Positions 40,453 through 48,906 of a stretch of DNA of 64,000 nucleotides are shown piece after piece (position 1 is the stretch's first letter; every line of letters starts with the position of its first letter). Source of the stretch: Candidatus Sulfomarinibacteraceae bacterium (GTDB lineage Bacteria > Acidobacteriota > Thermoanaerobaculia > Thermoanaerobaculales > Sulfomarinibacteraceae); assembly GCA_963796455.1 (NCBI GenBank), contig CAWCLO010000001.1:704001-768000 (forward strand), in the 5' to 3' direction. Below the pieces are notes generated by a model. The model was given only the letters and a program-made list of their open reading frames with translations, was not told where the DNA came from and did not search any database. Both the position numbers and the translations under genes were made by a program.

Positions 40453-42705
40453 CTAGAACCGATCCCCGATGGCAAAGTAGAAGCGATCGCGATTGCCGTC
40501 GGCCCGGCCGTAGGAGAATATGATCGGCCCAAGAAAGGTCTCGCCGCCGACGAAAACGCTGCCGCCTTTGATCATGCTGCCCCACGAAGTGCTTTCGTCG
40601 AGGAAGTAGGTGTTGCCCGCTTCCAGGCTGAACCCGGCGAAGAACCTGACAGTCGCCCCGGCCATATCGAGGCTGAAAAGATTTCGATAGGCGGCAAGCC
40701 TCGCAAAGGCCAACTTTTCGCCGAAAAGCTCATTCGTTCCAAGCCCCGAGAGCCGCCCCAGACCGCCGAGAAAAAAGGCGTCGAAAAAAGACTCGATCGA
40801 CTTCAGGTTTTCGCCATACTCGAGATGCGGTTGCACGGTGTTCTTGCCGAAGGTCCAGGCATAGGTCGCCTCGGCCCAGATCCGTTCGAAATCGGTTTCG
40901 GCACCGAGAGCTTCGGATGACCTGCTGTAGACCAAATTGACCAAAGCGCCATGCTGCGGAAAGGCCACCGAATCCTCGGTGTCGATCGAGAAACTCGCTT
41001 TTCCACCACCGGTCTTCTCGCTGACGGACCCAAACTCCGGCAGGCCGATCCGCGGCGACCCGCGGTTGCTACCTGTAAATGCCGCAACCCGCAATTCGCC
41101 CCACTTTCCGAGGACCCGGCCAGCGGCAACCCGAAGATCGAGAGACTGAAACTCATATTCGGCGAAGGCCTGTCCATCCAACCAGATTTCCTGAGTTCCC
41201 CGGTTGTAGCTGAACGAGGGCTCGACAAACCACTGCATGCCCCAATCGAGAGGCTGGTAGAACTCGGTCGCGAATTCTGCAACAGTCCCGAATTGAATCA
41301 CGGTTTCCCATTCGCCTCCGCGCCGGTTCGCGGGAAGATACTGGTGGCGCGCGATCAAGTGATAGCCCGCACCGCCATTGAAATCGTCGATGACGCCGAG
41401 ACCGAACTGGAGCGATCCACGTCCGGTCTGTGGAGGCGGTAGCTGGATGACAAGCTCCTTGACCTCGGGTTCGATCTCTTCGAGCTTGAAACCGATGACA
41501 CCGAAGTAGCGGGTGTTGTACAAACCCAGCAGATCACCGATGAAAGAGGCATGATCGAGGTTCTCGGGTGGATCGAATTTCAGCGCCTTGCGCACCAATC
41601 GGTCATCCACCAGAGTCTCGTTTTCGAGTCGAATTCGATCCACTTCGACGGGCTCGCCCGGGTTGGCCCGAGGACGTTGAGTGAAGGTCTTCCAACGCTG
41701 CGGACCGGCTGCATCGCTCCGAAGCTCGTCGATCTGGAGACGGGCAGCCGCCTCTCCGATTGCGATTGCATCTTCCGCCCGGTCGAAGCTGACAAAGGAA
41801 ATATCGCCGAGATCGGGCACGATCAAAACGTCCCGCGGGCCCAGGAGATCCGTATCGCGGTCAACGTTTCCGGCCGTCAACAGGGAATTCAGTTGGGACA
41901 GAACACCCATGAAATTTTTGTTCGCCGCCTCGTCCTCGTCGACGAGCGGGCTCGAAATGTCGACGGCGATGATCTTTCCGGCCCCAAGACTTCGGGCGAT
42001 ACCGACCGGCAGATTCGCGGCAATGCCGCCGTCGACAAGATTGAGGCCGTCGATCTCGACCGGCGGGAGCGCTCCGGGGACCGACATGCTCGCCCGAATC
42101 GCGGTTGCGAGGCTGCCGGAATCGAGGACCACGGCGCCTCCGGTCGCGATATCGGCTGCCACCGCACGGAACGGAATCGGCAGATCGTCAAAATTCTCGG
42201 TCGCGGGCGATAGGGCTTCGATAAGGTGCAACAACAGCTCCAACCGCTGGCCCTCGACGACCCCCGAGGGGAGCACCGGTTTCAGGCCTTCAAAATGCAA
42301 ACGGGCCTGAATGACGATCGGTCGATCATCCTGTTTGCGTCGAAACGACCGATCTTGACGATCGAGACGATCGGTGAAGATCGTTTCCCAATCGATCTCG
42401 TGGACCAGGGCCTCGATCTCGTCTGGCGACCACCCAGCTGCATAGAGCCCACCGACAACCGAGCCCATGCTGGTCCCGACGATGAGGTCGGGGGCAATCT
42501 CCAGCTCCTCGATCACCCGAAGCACCCCGATGTGGGCGAAACCGCGTGCGCCGCCTCCCGACAAAACCAGCACGAGCTCGGGTTTATCGACCACCTTCTC
42601 CTGCCCGGCGACAGGCAGCGCCAGCAAAAGAAAAAGACCTACAACGACGGCATACCCGAATCGGCTGGATCTCACGACGCCTCCCCAATGGAACTCTCTA
42701 TTCAA
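40453..42705 (-). CDS. Patatin-like phospholipase fused to POTRA/Omp85 barrel (PlpD-like)
   Basis: GGGARG, GTSMG and DGG motifs; C-terminal barrel ending IGDRF. Confidence 0.9.
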   Translation of the reverse strand: MNREFHWGGVVRSSRFGYAVVVGLFLLLALPVAGQEKVVDKPELVLVLSGGGARGFAHIGVLRVIEELEIAPDLIVGTSMGSVVGGLYAAGWSPDEIEALVHEIDWETIFTDRLDRQDRSFRRKQDDRPIVIQARLHFEGLKPVLPSGVVEGQRLELLLHLIEALSPATENFDDLPIPFRAVAADIATGGAVVLDSGSLATAIRASMSVPGALPPVEIDGLNLVDGGIAANLPVGIARSLGAGKIIAVDISSPLVDEDEAANKNFMGVLSQLNSLLTAGNVDRDTDLLGPRDVLIVPDLGDISFVSFDRAEDAIAIGEAAARLQIDELRSDAAGPQRWKTFTQRPRANPGEPVEVDRIRLENETLVDDRLVRKALKFDPPENLDHASFIGDLLGLYNTRYFGVIGFKLEEIEPEVKELVIQLPPPQTGRGSLQFGLGVIDDFNGGAGYHLIARHQYLPANRRGGEWETVIQFGTVAEFATEFYQPLDWGMQWFVEPSFSYNRGTQEIWLDGQAFAEYEFQSLDLRVAAGRVLGKWGELRVAAFTGSNRGSPRIGLPEFGSVSEKTGGGKASFSIDTEDSVAFPQHGALVNLVYSRSSEALGAETDFERIWAEATYAWTFGKNTVQPHLEYGENLKSIESFFDAFFLGGLGRLSGLGTNELFGEKLAFARLAAYRNLFSLDMAGATVRFFAGFSLEAGNTYFLDESTSWGSMIKGGSVFVGGETFLGPIIFSYGRADGNRDRFYFAIGDRF

Positions 42706-42877
42706 TCTGGTTGAGATTCTATAGGAGAATCGAGAGGCCGAATGAAATTAAGCGTCACCGTGATGGCAAGAAAAAATGAAACACATTCGCGTCAACCTGA
42801 ACGGCAAGGGCGCCATCAACAACTTCGCGCCCGGTTGCGGGATCCCGCTCGAACCGCACGACGCCCTCGAGCTCTTT

Positions 42878-43432
42878 TTATTGCCCCGTCAGAAGCTCGA
42901 TGACCTCGGAGTGTCCGTTCTGCCGGGCAAAGCTCAAAGCAGTGTCGCCGTCCTTGTCTTCGAGATCCTTGTCCGCGCCGTGTTCGAGAAGGACGCGCAC
43001 CACATCGACCTGACCCTCCGCGGCCGCGGTCATCAAAGCGGTGAAGCCCTCGAGCGTGCCCTGAATATCGACTTCGGCGCCATTCTTCAGCAGATAGTCC
43101 ACGGTCCCCGGGAAGGGACCGCTCGAGGCGTACAACAATGGGGTTCTCCCGTTGATGTCCTTGGTGTTTATTACCGCACCGTGCTCATGGAGGAAGGCAA
43201 CCACTGCGCTGTGGCCGTTGAAGGCCGCAAACATCACCGGTGTGCGGTAGTCGCTATCAGCTACGTCGACATCCACTCCCGCAGCCACAATTCGTTCGAC
43301 CTCGTCCAGCTGCCCGTCGTGGGCCGCCTGCATCAGGGCCAGCTCCTCGGGGGCAAGTTTCAAGGGGGTCTGCGCAGACAGAGAGAATGCCGCCAGCATG
43401 ATCAGAACGATTGGAACCACAGGTGATTTCAT
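42878..43432 (-). CDS. Secreted ankyrin-repeat protein
   Basis: Repeated GxTPL/TAL..AA..G motifs after a signal peptide. Confidence 0.9.
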   Translation of the reverse strand: MKSPVVPIVLIMLAAFSLSAQTPLKLAPEELALMQAAHDGQLDEVERIVAAGVDVDVADSDYRTPVMFAAFNGHSAVVAFLHEHGAVINTKDINGRTPLLYASSGPFPGTVDYLLKNGAEVDIQGTLEGFTALMTAAAEGQVDVVRVLLEHGADKDLEDKDGDTALSFARQNGHSEVIELLTGQ

Positions 43433-43619
43433 GGCCACACTGTAGCGGAGTTTGATTGACCCGGGTTGCCCAACGGCAACGAAATCGAGTGAATTCAGGA
43501 AGTCTCCTCTCCGCAACGAGGACGACACCCATGGTCTGATCCTCGCCACCGACCGGCCTGTCGCCTTCAGACCGGGGCCGTTTTTTCGTTGGTGTCGTTG
43601 CTACAATGCGCGGTTCAAG

Positions 43620-44375
43620 ATGATCACGATTTCCGATCTGTGCTTCCGCTACCCCGAGGGTGAATTCGAACTCAACGTCCCTTCGCTGGAAATCCATGCC
43701 GGCGAGAAGGTCGCGGTGATCGGTCCATCCGGTTCGGGCAAGACCACCCTCCTCCACCTGATGGCAGGGGTCCGGCTGCCGCAGGAGGGTTCGGTGGTAA
43801 CCGATGAGGTCGAGGTCACCGCCCTTCCCGATGGTGAGCGGCGCGACTTCCGGATTCGGCGGATCGGGATGGTCTTCCAGGAGTTCGAGTTGCTCGAGTA
43901 TCTGACCGTGCTCGACAACATCATCCTCCCCTACCGGATCAACGGCTCGTTGAAGCTCGATCGCTCAGTGCGGGACCGGGCGGCGGCGCTTGCCGATCAG
44001 GTGGGGATCGCCGACAAGCTGAATCGGCTTTCGACCCGGTTGTCGCATGGCGAGAAGCAGCGGGTCGCGGTCTGCAGGGCTCTGGTCGCCGAACCGGTTC
44101 TTCTGCTTGCCGACGAACCCACCGGCAATCTCGATCCGACCAACACGACGAGGGTGCTCGACATCCTGCTCGACGCTGCCGAAGCCACCGGCGCGACCTT
44201 GGTAACGGTCACCCACGACCACGACCTCCTCCCCCGCTTCGACCGCAACCTCGACGTCATGGATCTCATAAGCGTTTCGGAGGAGTCGGACACCTACCCT
44301 TCACCGGCCGCACAAAACGCATATAGCCCGCAGATCACGCAGATTGACGCAGATAGAGGAAAGAAAAATGATTGA
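43620..44375 (+). CDS. ABC transporter ATP-binding protein (LolD-like)
   Basis: GPSGSGKT, LSHGEKQR, DEPTGNLD and VTHD motifs; the C-terminus runs through the downstream repeat. Confidence 0.93.
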   Translation: MITISDLCFRYPEGEFELNVPSLEIHAGEKVAVIGPSGSGKTTLLHLMAGVRLPQEGSVVTDEVEVTALPDGERRDFRIRRIGMVFQEFELLEYLTVLDNIILPYRINGSLKLDRSVRDRAAALADQVGIADKLNRLSTRLSHGEKQRVAVCRALVAEPVLLLADEPTGNLDPTNTTRVLDILLDAAEATGATLVTVTHDHDLLPRFDRNLDVMDLISVSEESDTYPSPAAQNAYSPQITQIDADRGKKND

Positions 44376-44794
44376 CGACTTTCCTCTCAAGGAAGAGACG
44401 TATCAGATTTTGGGCGCATGCTTCGAGGTTTATAACGAAATGGGTTGTGGGTTTCTTGAACCTGTATACCAAGAGTGTCTGGAAATCGAGTTGCGGACGC
44501 AGGGAATCCCTTTCGCCAGCCAGGTTGTTCTGGAGGTCGATACAAAGGTCGAACGCTGAACAAAAAGTACCAGCCCGATCTCATTTGTTTCGAATCCGTC
44601 ATTGTTGAATTGAAGTCCGTATCAGCTCTCGCTATGGAACATGAGGCCCAGCTCCTCAACTACATGAACGCAGGCTGTTTTGAGGTGGGTTTGCTCGTTA
44701 ATTTCGGTCACTACCCAAAGCTCGAGTACACCAGGCTCGTAAACCAAAATAAAAAACATCTGCGTCAATCTGCGTCATCTGCGGGCAATATGCG
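44318..44794 (+). mobile_element. GxxExxY cassette 1 bounded by a 37-bp inverted repeat of CGCAGATnA 9-mers
   Basis: 44318-44354 vs 44758-44794 are 35/37 complementary. Confidence 0.85.
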
Positions 44795-44798
44795 ATGA
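44368..44798 (+). pseudogene. GxxExxY protein (PD-(D/E)XK-like), 1-nt frameshift near 44540
   Basis: GCGFLEPVYQECL in one frame; YKG..PDLICFESVIVELK..AQLLNY..GLLVNFG in the next. Confidence 0.9.
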
Positions 44799-45976
44799 GG
44801 GATGTCCTCTTTCTCGCGTGGCGGTATTTGGCGCATAACCGGGTGAAGACGGCGGTGCTGGTGGGGTCGATCATGTTGATCGTCTATCTGCCGGTGGCGC
44901 TGCGGGTGCTGGTGCAGCAGTCGGCCGAGCAGTTGACATCGCGAGCCGAGGCGACGCCTTTGTTGGTCGGGGCCAAGGGCAGTCCGCTGGAGCTTGCACT
45001 TTCATCCCTCTACTTCGAGTCCGACACCCCCGAACTCACGACCTACGCCGATGCCGGACGCATCGCCGCCACCGGTCTGGCCGACGCCATCCCACTCTAC
45101 GTCCGTTTCAGGGTCCGGCAGCAACCCATCGTCGGCACCTCGCTCGAGTATTTCGACTTCCGCGGCCTGACCTTTGCAGATGGTCGCAAAATGGCGATGT
45201 TGGGAGAGTGCGTGCTCGGTGCCCGAGCCGCCGAGGTGCTCGAGGTGGGCGTCGGCGACACCGTGATCTCGTCGCCCGAAAGCGTCTTCGACATCGCAGG
45301 TGTCTATCCGCTCAAGATGAAGGTGGTCGGTGTGCTCGATCGCACCTACACCGCCGATGATGCGGCGGTCTTTGTAGACCTCAAGACCGCCTGGATCATC
45401 CAGGGGCTGGTCCACGGGCACCAGGACATGGCCGCACCTGAGGCGGCCACCGGCGTACTCTCCCGGGAAGGTGACAAGATCGTCGCCAACGCCTCGGTCA
45501 TCCAGTACACCGAGATCACCGAAGACAATATCGACAGCTTCCACTTCCACGGTTCGACCGCCGGCTATCCGATCTCGGCGGTTATCGCCGTGCCTCACGA
45601 TCAAAAGAGCGGCACCATTCTCATGGGCCGGTTCGAGGCACCCGATGAACCGGCCCAGATTCTCAAACCCACGTCGGTGATCGACGAACTGCTCGGCACC
45701 ATCTTCACGGTGCAGAACTTTGTCGTCGCGGGAATGCTGCTGGTGGGCCTGGCTGCGCTCGCGACCGCTGTTCTGGTTTTCGTTCTTTCGCTGCGTTTGC
45801 GAAAACGCGAGATCGAAACCATGGCCAGGATCGGCGGATCAAAGGCGCGGGTCGCGGGCGTGCTGGTCACGGAAGTGGCGGTCGTGGTTTTGATGAGCGT
45901 GGTCCTCGCAGGGATCCTGACCTTGCTGACAGCAAGGTTCGCACCCGCCGCCGTCCGACTCTTTTTGTTGCAGTGA
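44795..45976 (+). CDS. ABC transporter permease (FtsX/MacB-like)
   Basis: LAWRYL N-terminus, large periplasmic loop, RKREIETMARIGGS motif, C-terminal TM helices. Confidence 0.88.
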   Translation: MRDVLFLAWRYLAHNRVKTAVLVGSIMLIVYLPVALRVLVQQSAEQLTSRAEATPLLVGAKGSPLELALSSLYFESDTPELTTYADAGRIAATGLADAIPLYVRFRVRQQPIVGTSLEYFDFRGLTFADGRKMAMLGECVLGARAAEVLEVGVGDTVISSPESVFDIAGVYPLKMKVVGVLDRTYTADDAAVFVDLKTAWIIQGLVHGHQDMAAPEAATGVLSREGDKIVANASVIQYTEITEDNIDSFHFHGSTAGYPISAVIAVPHDQKSGTILMGRFEAPDEPAQILKPTSVIDELLGTIFTVQNFVVAGMLLVGLAALATAVLVFVLSLRLRKREIETMARIGGSKARVAGVLVTEVAVVVLMSVVLAGILTLLTARFAPAAVRLFLLQ

Positions 45977-46077
45977 AGGAGGTGACGTAGAGTGCTGAAG
46001 GGAATGACGATTTCGGATTCGCTCCCCTCGTCGGGTAGACCTTCACAAAAGGTGATGGTCTGTTGAGCGCAACATTA

Positions 46078-46535
46078 TTGAACCGCAAAGAACGCAAAGA
46101 CCGCGAAGAAGGTTTTTAAGGTTGGATATCGAAGACATTGGCGAGCGCGTCGTTGATTCGGCACTCAAAATTCATCGAGCTTTGGGACCCGGCCTTTTGG
46201 AGTCTGCCTACCAGAAGTGTCTTGAATACGAACTTCGAAAGGCCGGATTCCGGGTTCAGTGCGAGGTCGTAATACCCATCGACTACGAAGACATCAAGAT
46301 CGACGCAGGGTACCGAATAGACATGCTGGTTGAGGATTTGGTCCTGATCGAAAACAAAACTGTTGACCAACTCCTGGCAATCCACACGGCTCAAATATTG
46401 ACCTATCTCAAGATGAAAGACCTTCGGCTCGGCTTTCTGATCAACTGGAACGTCAAACTCATCAAAGATGGCATCCACAGGTTCGTCAATAACTTATGAA
46501 AAATCTTTGCGTTCTTTGCGTTCTTTGCGGTTCAA
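46078..46535 (+). mobile_element. GxxExxY cassette 2 bounded by a 32-bp inverted repeat of CGCAAAGAA 9-mers
   Basis: 46078-46109 vs 46504-46535 are 30/32 complementary. Confidence 0.85.
46122..46499 (+). CDS. GxxExxY protein (PD-(D/E)XK-like nuclease family)
   Basis: LGPGLLESAYQKCL, YRIDMLVEDLVLIENK, AQILTYLK and GFLINWNV motifs. Confidence 0.95.
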   Translation: MDIEDIGERVVDSALKIHRALGPGLLESAYQKCLEYELRKAGFRVQCEVVIPIDYEDIKIDAGYRIDMLVEDLVLIENKTVDQLLAIHTAQILTYLKMKDLRLGFLINWNVKLIKDGIHRFVNNL

Positions 46536-46603
46536 AAGAAAATCCCCGGACCATTCAGAATGTTGGTCACAGCAGTGAACGCGCCAAATCGAGGAGGCAC
46601 CGG

Positions 46604-47530
46604 ATGCGCATGTTTTCAGCACTCGTCGTAACAATCGTCATAGGTCTAGTTGGGTGCGGTGGCGGGGGACCGGCGGCGGATCAGCCGACCGAAGCCCCTG
46701 AACCAGTCGACAAACTGATTGTCTACACGGTCAATTATCCACTGGCGTATTTTGCGGAGCGGGTCGGGGGCGATCTGGTGGAGGTTCATTTCCCGGCGCC
46801 CTCGGAGGGAGACCCTGCGATGTGGTCGCCCGACGCGGACACGATCGCCACCTACCAGGTTGCCGATCTGATCCTGGTCAATGGTGCCGGGTACGCCAAA
46901 TGGGTGGAGCGCGCCACTCTGCCGTCGGCGAAGTTGGTCGACACTACGGCTGGTGCTGCGGATCGGCTCCTCGAACTCGAAAGCCAGGTCACCCACAGCC
47001 ATGGGCCCGAGGGGGAGCACGAGCACGCCGGCTGGGCCTTCACCACCTGGATGGACCCGACGATCGCAGTTGAACAGGCCCGCGCAGTTGCCGATGCCAT
47101 CGCCTCGCGTCGTCCCGATCAGGCGTCGGAAATCATGCAACGCTTTGCTGAGCTCGAGAACGACCTGCTCGATCTCGACCGTCGTCTCGAGGCCGCCGCT
47201 CAGTCGATCGGCGACTCGCCACTCGTTTTCTCCCATCCGGTCTACCAGTACCTCATCGCCCGCTACGGTCTCAAAGGTGAAGAGATCCACTGGGAACCCG
47301 ACGTCGTGCCCACCGGTCACGATTGGGAGCATCTCGATGAGCTGCTGGCCGGCCATCCCGCCCAATGGATGGTCTGGGAGGCCGAACCGCTGGACGACTC
47401 TGTGGCCGCTCTCCACGAAAGGGCCATCGACAGCATCGTCTTCGATCCCTGCGGCAACCGACCCGATAACGGCGATTTCATGAGCGTGATGACGGAAAAT
47501 GCCGAAGCGTTGGAGCGCATCGCACAGTAG
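46604..47530 (+). CDS. Metal ABC transporter substrate-binding lipoprotein (ZnuA-like)
   Basis: Lipobox LVGC, His-rich loop HSHGPEGEHEH, GAGGAGG RBS. Confidence 0.88.
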   Translation: MRMFSALVVTIVIGLVGCGGGGPAADQPTEAPEPVDKLIVYTVNYPLAYFAERVGGDLVEVHFPAPSEGDPAMWSPDADTIATYQVADLILVNGAGYAKWVERATLPSAKLVDTTAGAADRLLELESQVTHSHGPEGEHEHAGWAFTTWMDPTIAVEQARAVADAIASRRPDQASEIMQRFAELENDLLDLDRRLEAAAQSIGDSPLVFSHPVYQYLIARYGLKGEEIHWEPDVVPTGHDWEHLDELLAGHPAQWMVWEAEPLDDSVAALHERAIDSIVFDPCGNRPDNGDFMSVMTENAEALERIAQ

Positions 47531-47570
47531 AGGGAGCAGGTTGGCTTCAGCAGACCCGTACGCTCATCCT

Positions 47571-47658
47571 CCATCTCAAAACCGCAGATAGCGCAGAGGG
47601 ACGCTGATAATCAAGGGCCCGCTATCCGCGTTTATCCGCGTGATCTGCGGTTTCTCCG
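47571..47658 (+). repeat. Gene-less 9-mer tandem-inverted element (CGCAGAT type)
   Basis: CCATCTCAAAACCGCAGATAGCGCAGA ... ATCCGCGTGATCTGCGGTTTCTCCG; near-identical ends to 18932-19020. Confidence 0.9.
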
Positions 47659-47678
47659 ACAGTGGGTTTTCAGGCAGC

Positions 47679-48755
47679 CTACACCCAACGATAGATGATC
47701 GAATTCACATTCATCCCGGCGCCGACGGAGGCGATGATGACGGTGTCTCCAGGCTCGACATTTTGACCGTCCATCTCGCCGCGCGACACCAGATCGATCA
47801 AGGTCGGCACGGTGGCGACCGATGAGTTGCCGAGCCACGAAATGGTCATCGGCATGATCCCGTCGGGGATCTCGCTGACTCCGTAGAGTTTGAAAAGACG
47901 CTTCAAAATAGCTTCGTCCATCTTGGCATTGGCCTGATGAATGAAGAGCTTTTTGACGTGTTCGAGACCGACTCCGGCTTTGTCGAGACTCTTCTTGACG
48001 ACACCCGGCACGTTGGTCAACGCATAGTTGTACAGTTTTCGGCCGAACATCTTGAGGTACAGGGACTCGTCGCTCGACCCCTCTTCGTATGTCTGGCCCA
48101 TCCACATCAGGCTGGCATGCTCGATCGTGTCCGACCGCGCTGCGTGGGACAGGATCCCGATCTCCTCGTCAGTCTCGCGCCCTTCGAGAATGGTAGCGCC
48201 GGCGCCGTCGGAGTAGATCATGCTGTCACGATCGTGGGGGTCGGAGATTCGCGAGAGGGTCTCGCCACCGATGACCAAGGCCCTCTTCGCATCACCTGAG
48301 CGGAGATAATAATCAGCCTGGATCACGCCCTGGACCCAACCGGGGCAACCAAAGGGCAAGTCATACGCGATGCACTCGGGATTCTCGATCTTCAGATTCT
48401 GTTTGACCCTTGCAGCAAGAGTGGGGCAAAAATCGCTGCGACGATTCCCGGCGACCACATCGCCAAAGTTGTGGGCGAAGATGACGTAGTCGAGGCTTTC
48501 GCCGTCAATGCCTGCGGTTTCGATCGCATTCTGAGCGGCGATCGTCCCCAGATCAGAAGCCACCTGGTCGTCCTCGGCGTATCGCCTCTCGCCGATTTCG
48601 GTAATCTCCTGAAACTTGCTGACGGTTTTCTCGTTGTCAGCAAGATCGATGGGTTGTCCGTAATCCATGAAGAACCGGTTTTTCAAGAAATCGCCGGTAG
48701 CGACCTTCTGGGTCGGAATGCATCTTCCTGTTCCGATGATGACGCTGCGTCGCAT
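47679..48755 (-). CDS. 3-oxoacyl-ACP synthase III (FabH-like)
   Basis: FGCPG, HQAN, GNSS and SVGAG motifs. Confidence 0.92.
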   Translation of the reverse strand: MRRSVIIGTGRCIPTQKVATGDFLKNRFFMDYGQPIDLADNEKTVSKFQEITEIGERRYAEDDQVASDLGTIAAQNAIETAGIDGESLDYVIFAHNFGDVVAGNRRSDFCPTLAARVKQNLKIENPECIAYDLPFGCPGWVQGVIQADYYLRSGDAKRALVIGGETLSRISDPHDRDSMIYSDGAGATILEGRETDEEIGILSHAARSDTIEHASLMWMGQTYEEGSSDESLYLKMFGRKLYNYALTNVPGVVKKSLDKAGVGLEHVKKLFIHQANAKMDEAILKRLFKLYGVSEIPDGIMPMTISWLGNSSVATVPTLIDLVSRGEMDGQNVEPGDTVIIASVGAGMNVNSIIYRWV

Positions 48756-48906
48756 CACTCCTCCTCGCAAAGACCACCCCATTCGAAAATTTCAACGCCG
48801 GGGCAAGCCGACAGGGTACACCTTCCAGGGCCTGCGTCAACGATCGAGGCGCCAGACTCGCGGTGAAAGCAGGTCAAAACCAGCTTCGCTGCGCTAGGAT
48901 GCATCG

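Noticed and set aside
42760..42880. Short plus-strand peptide KHIRVNLNGKGAINNFAPGCGIP as a gene or remnant
   Set aside because: It runs antisense into the ankyrin gene and has no recognisable family; it cannot be supported without a search.
46035..46062. GTAG-led imperfect hairpin before GxxExxY cassette 2 as a REP
   Set aside because: It is a single copy with a weak, mismatched stem and no relatives in the window.
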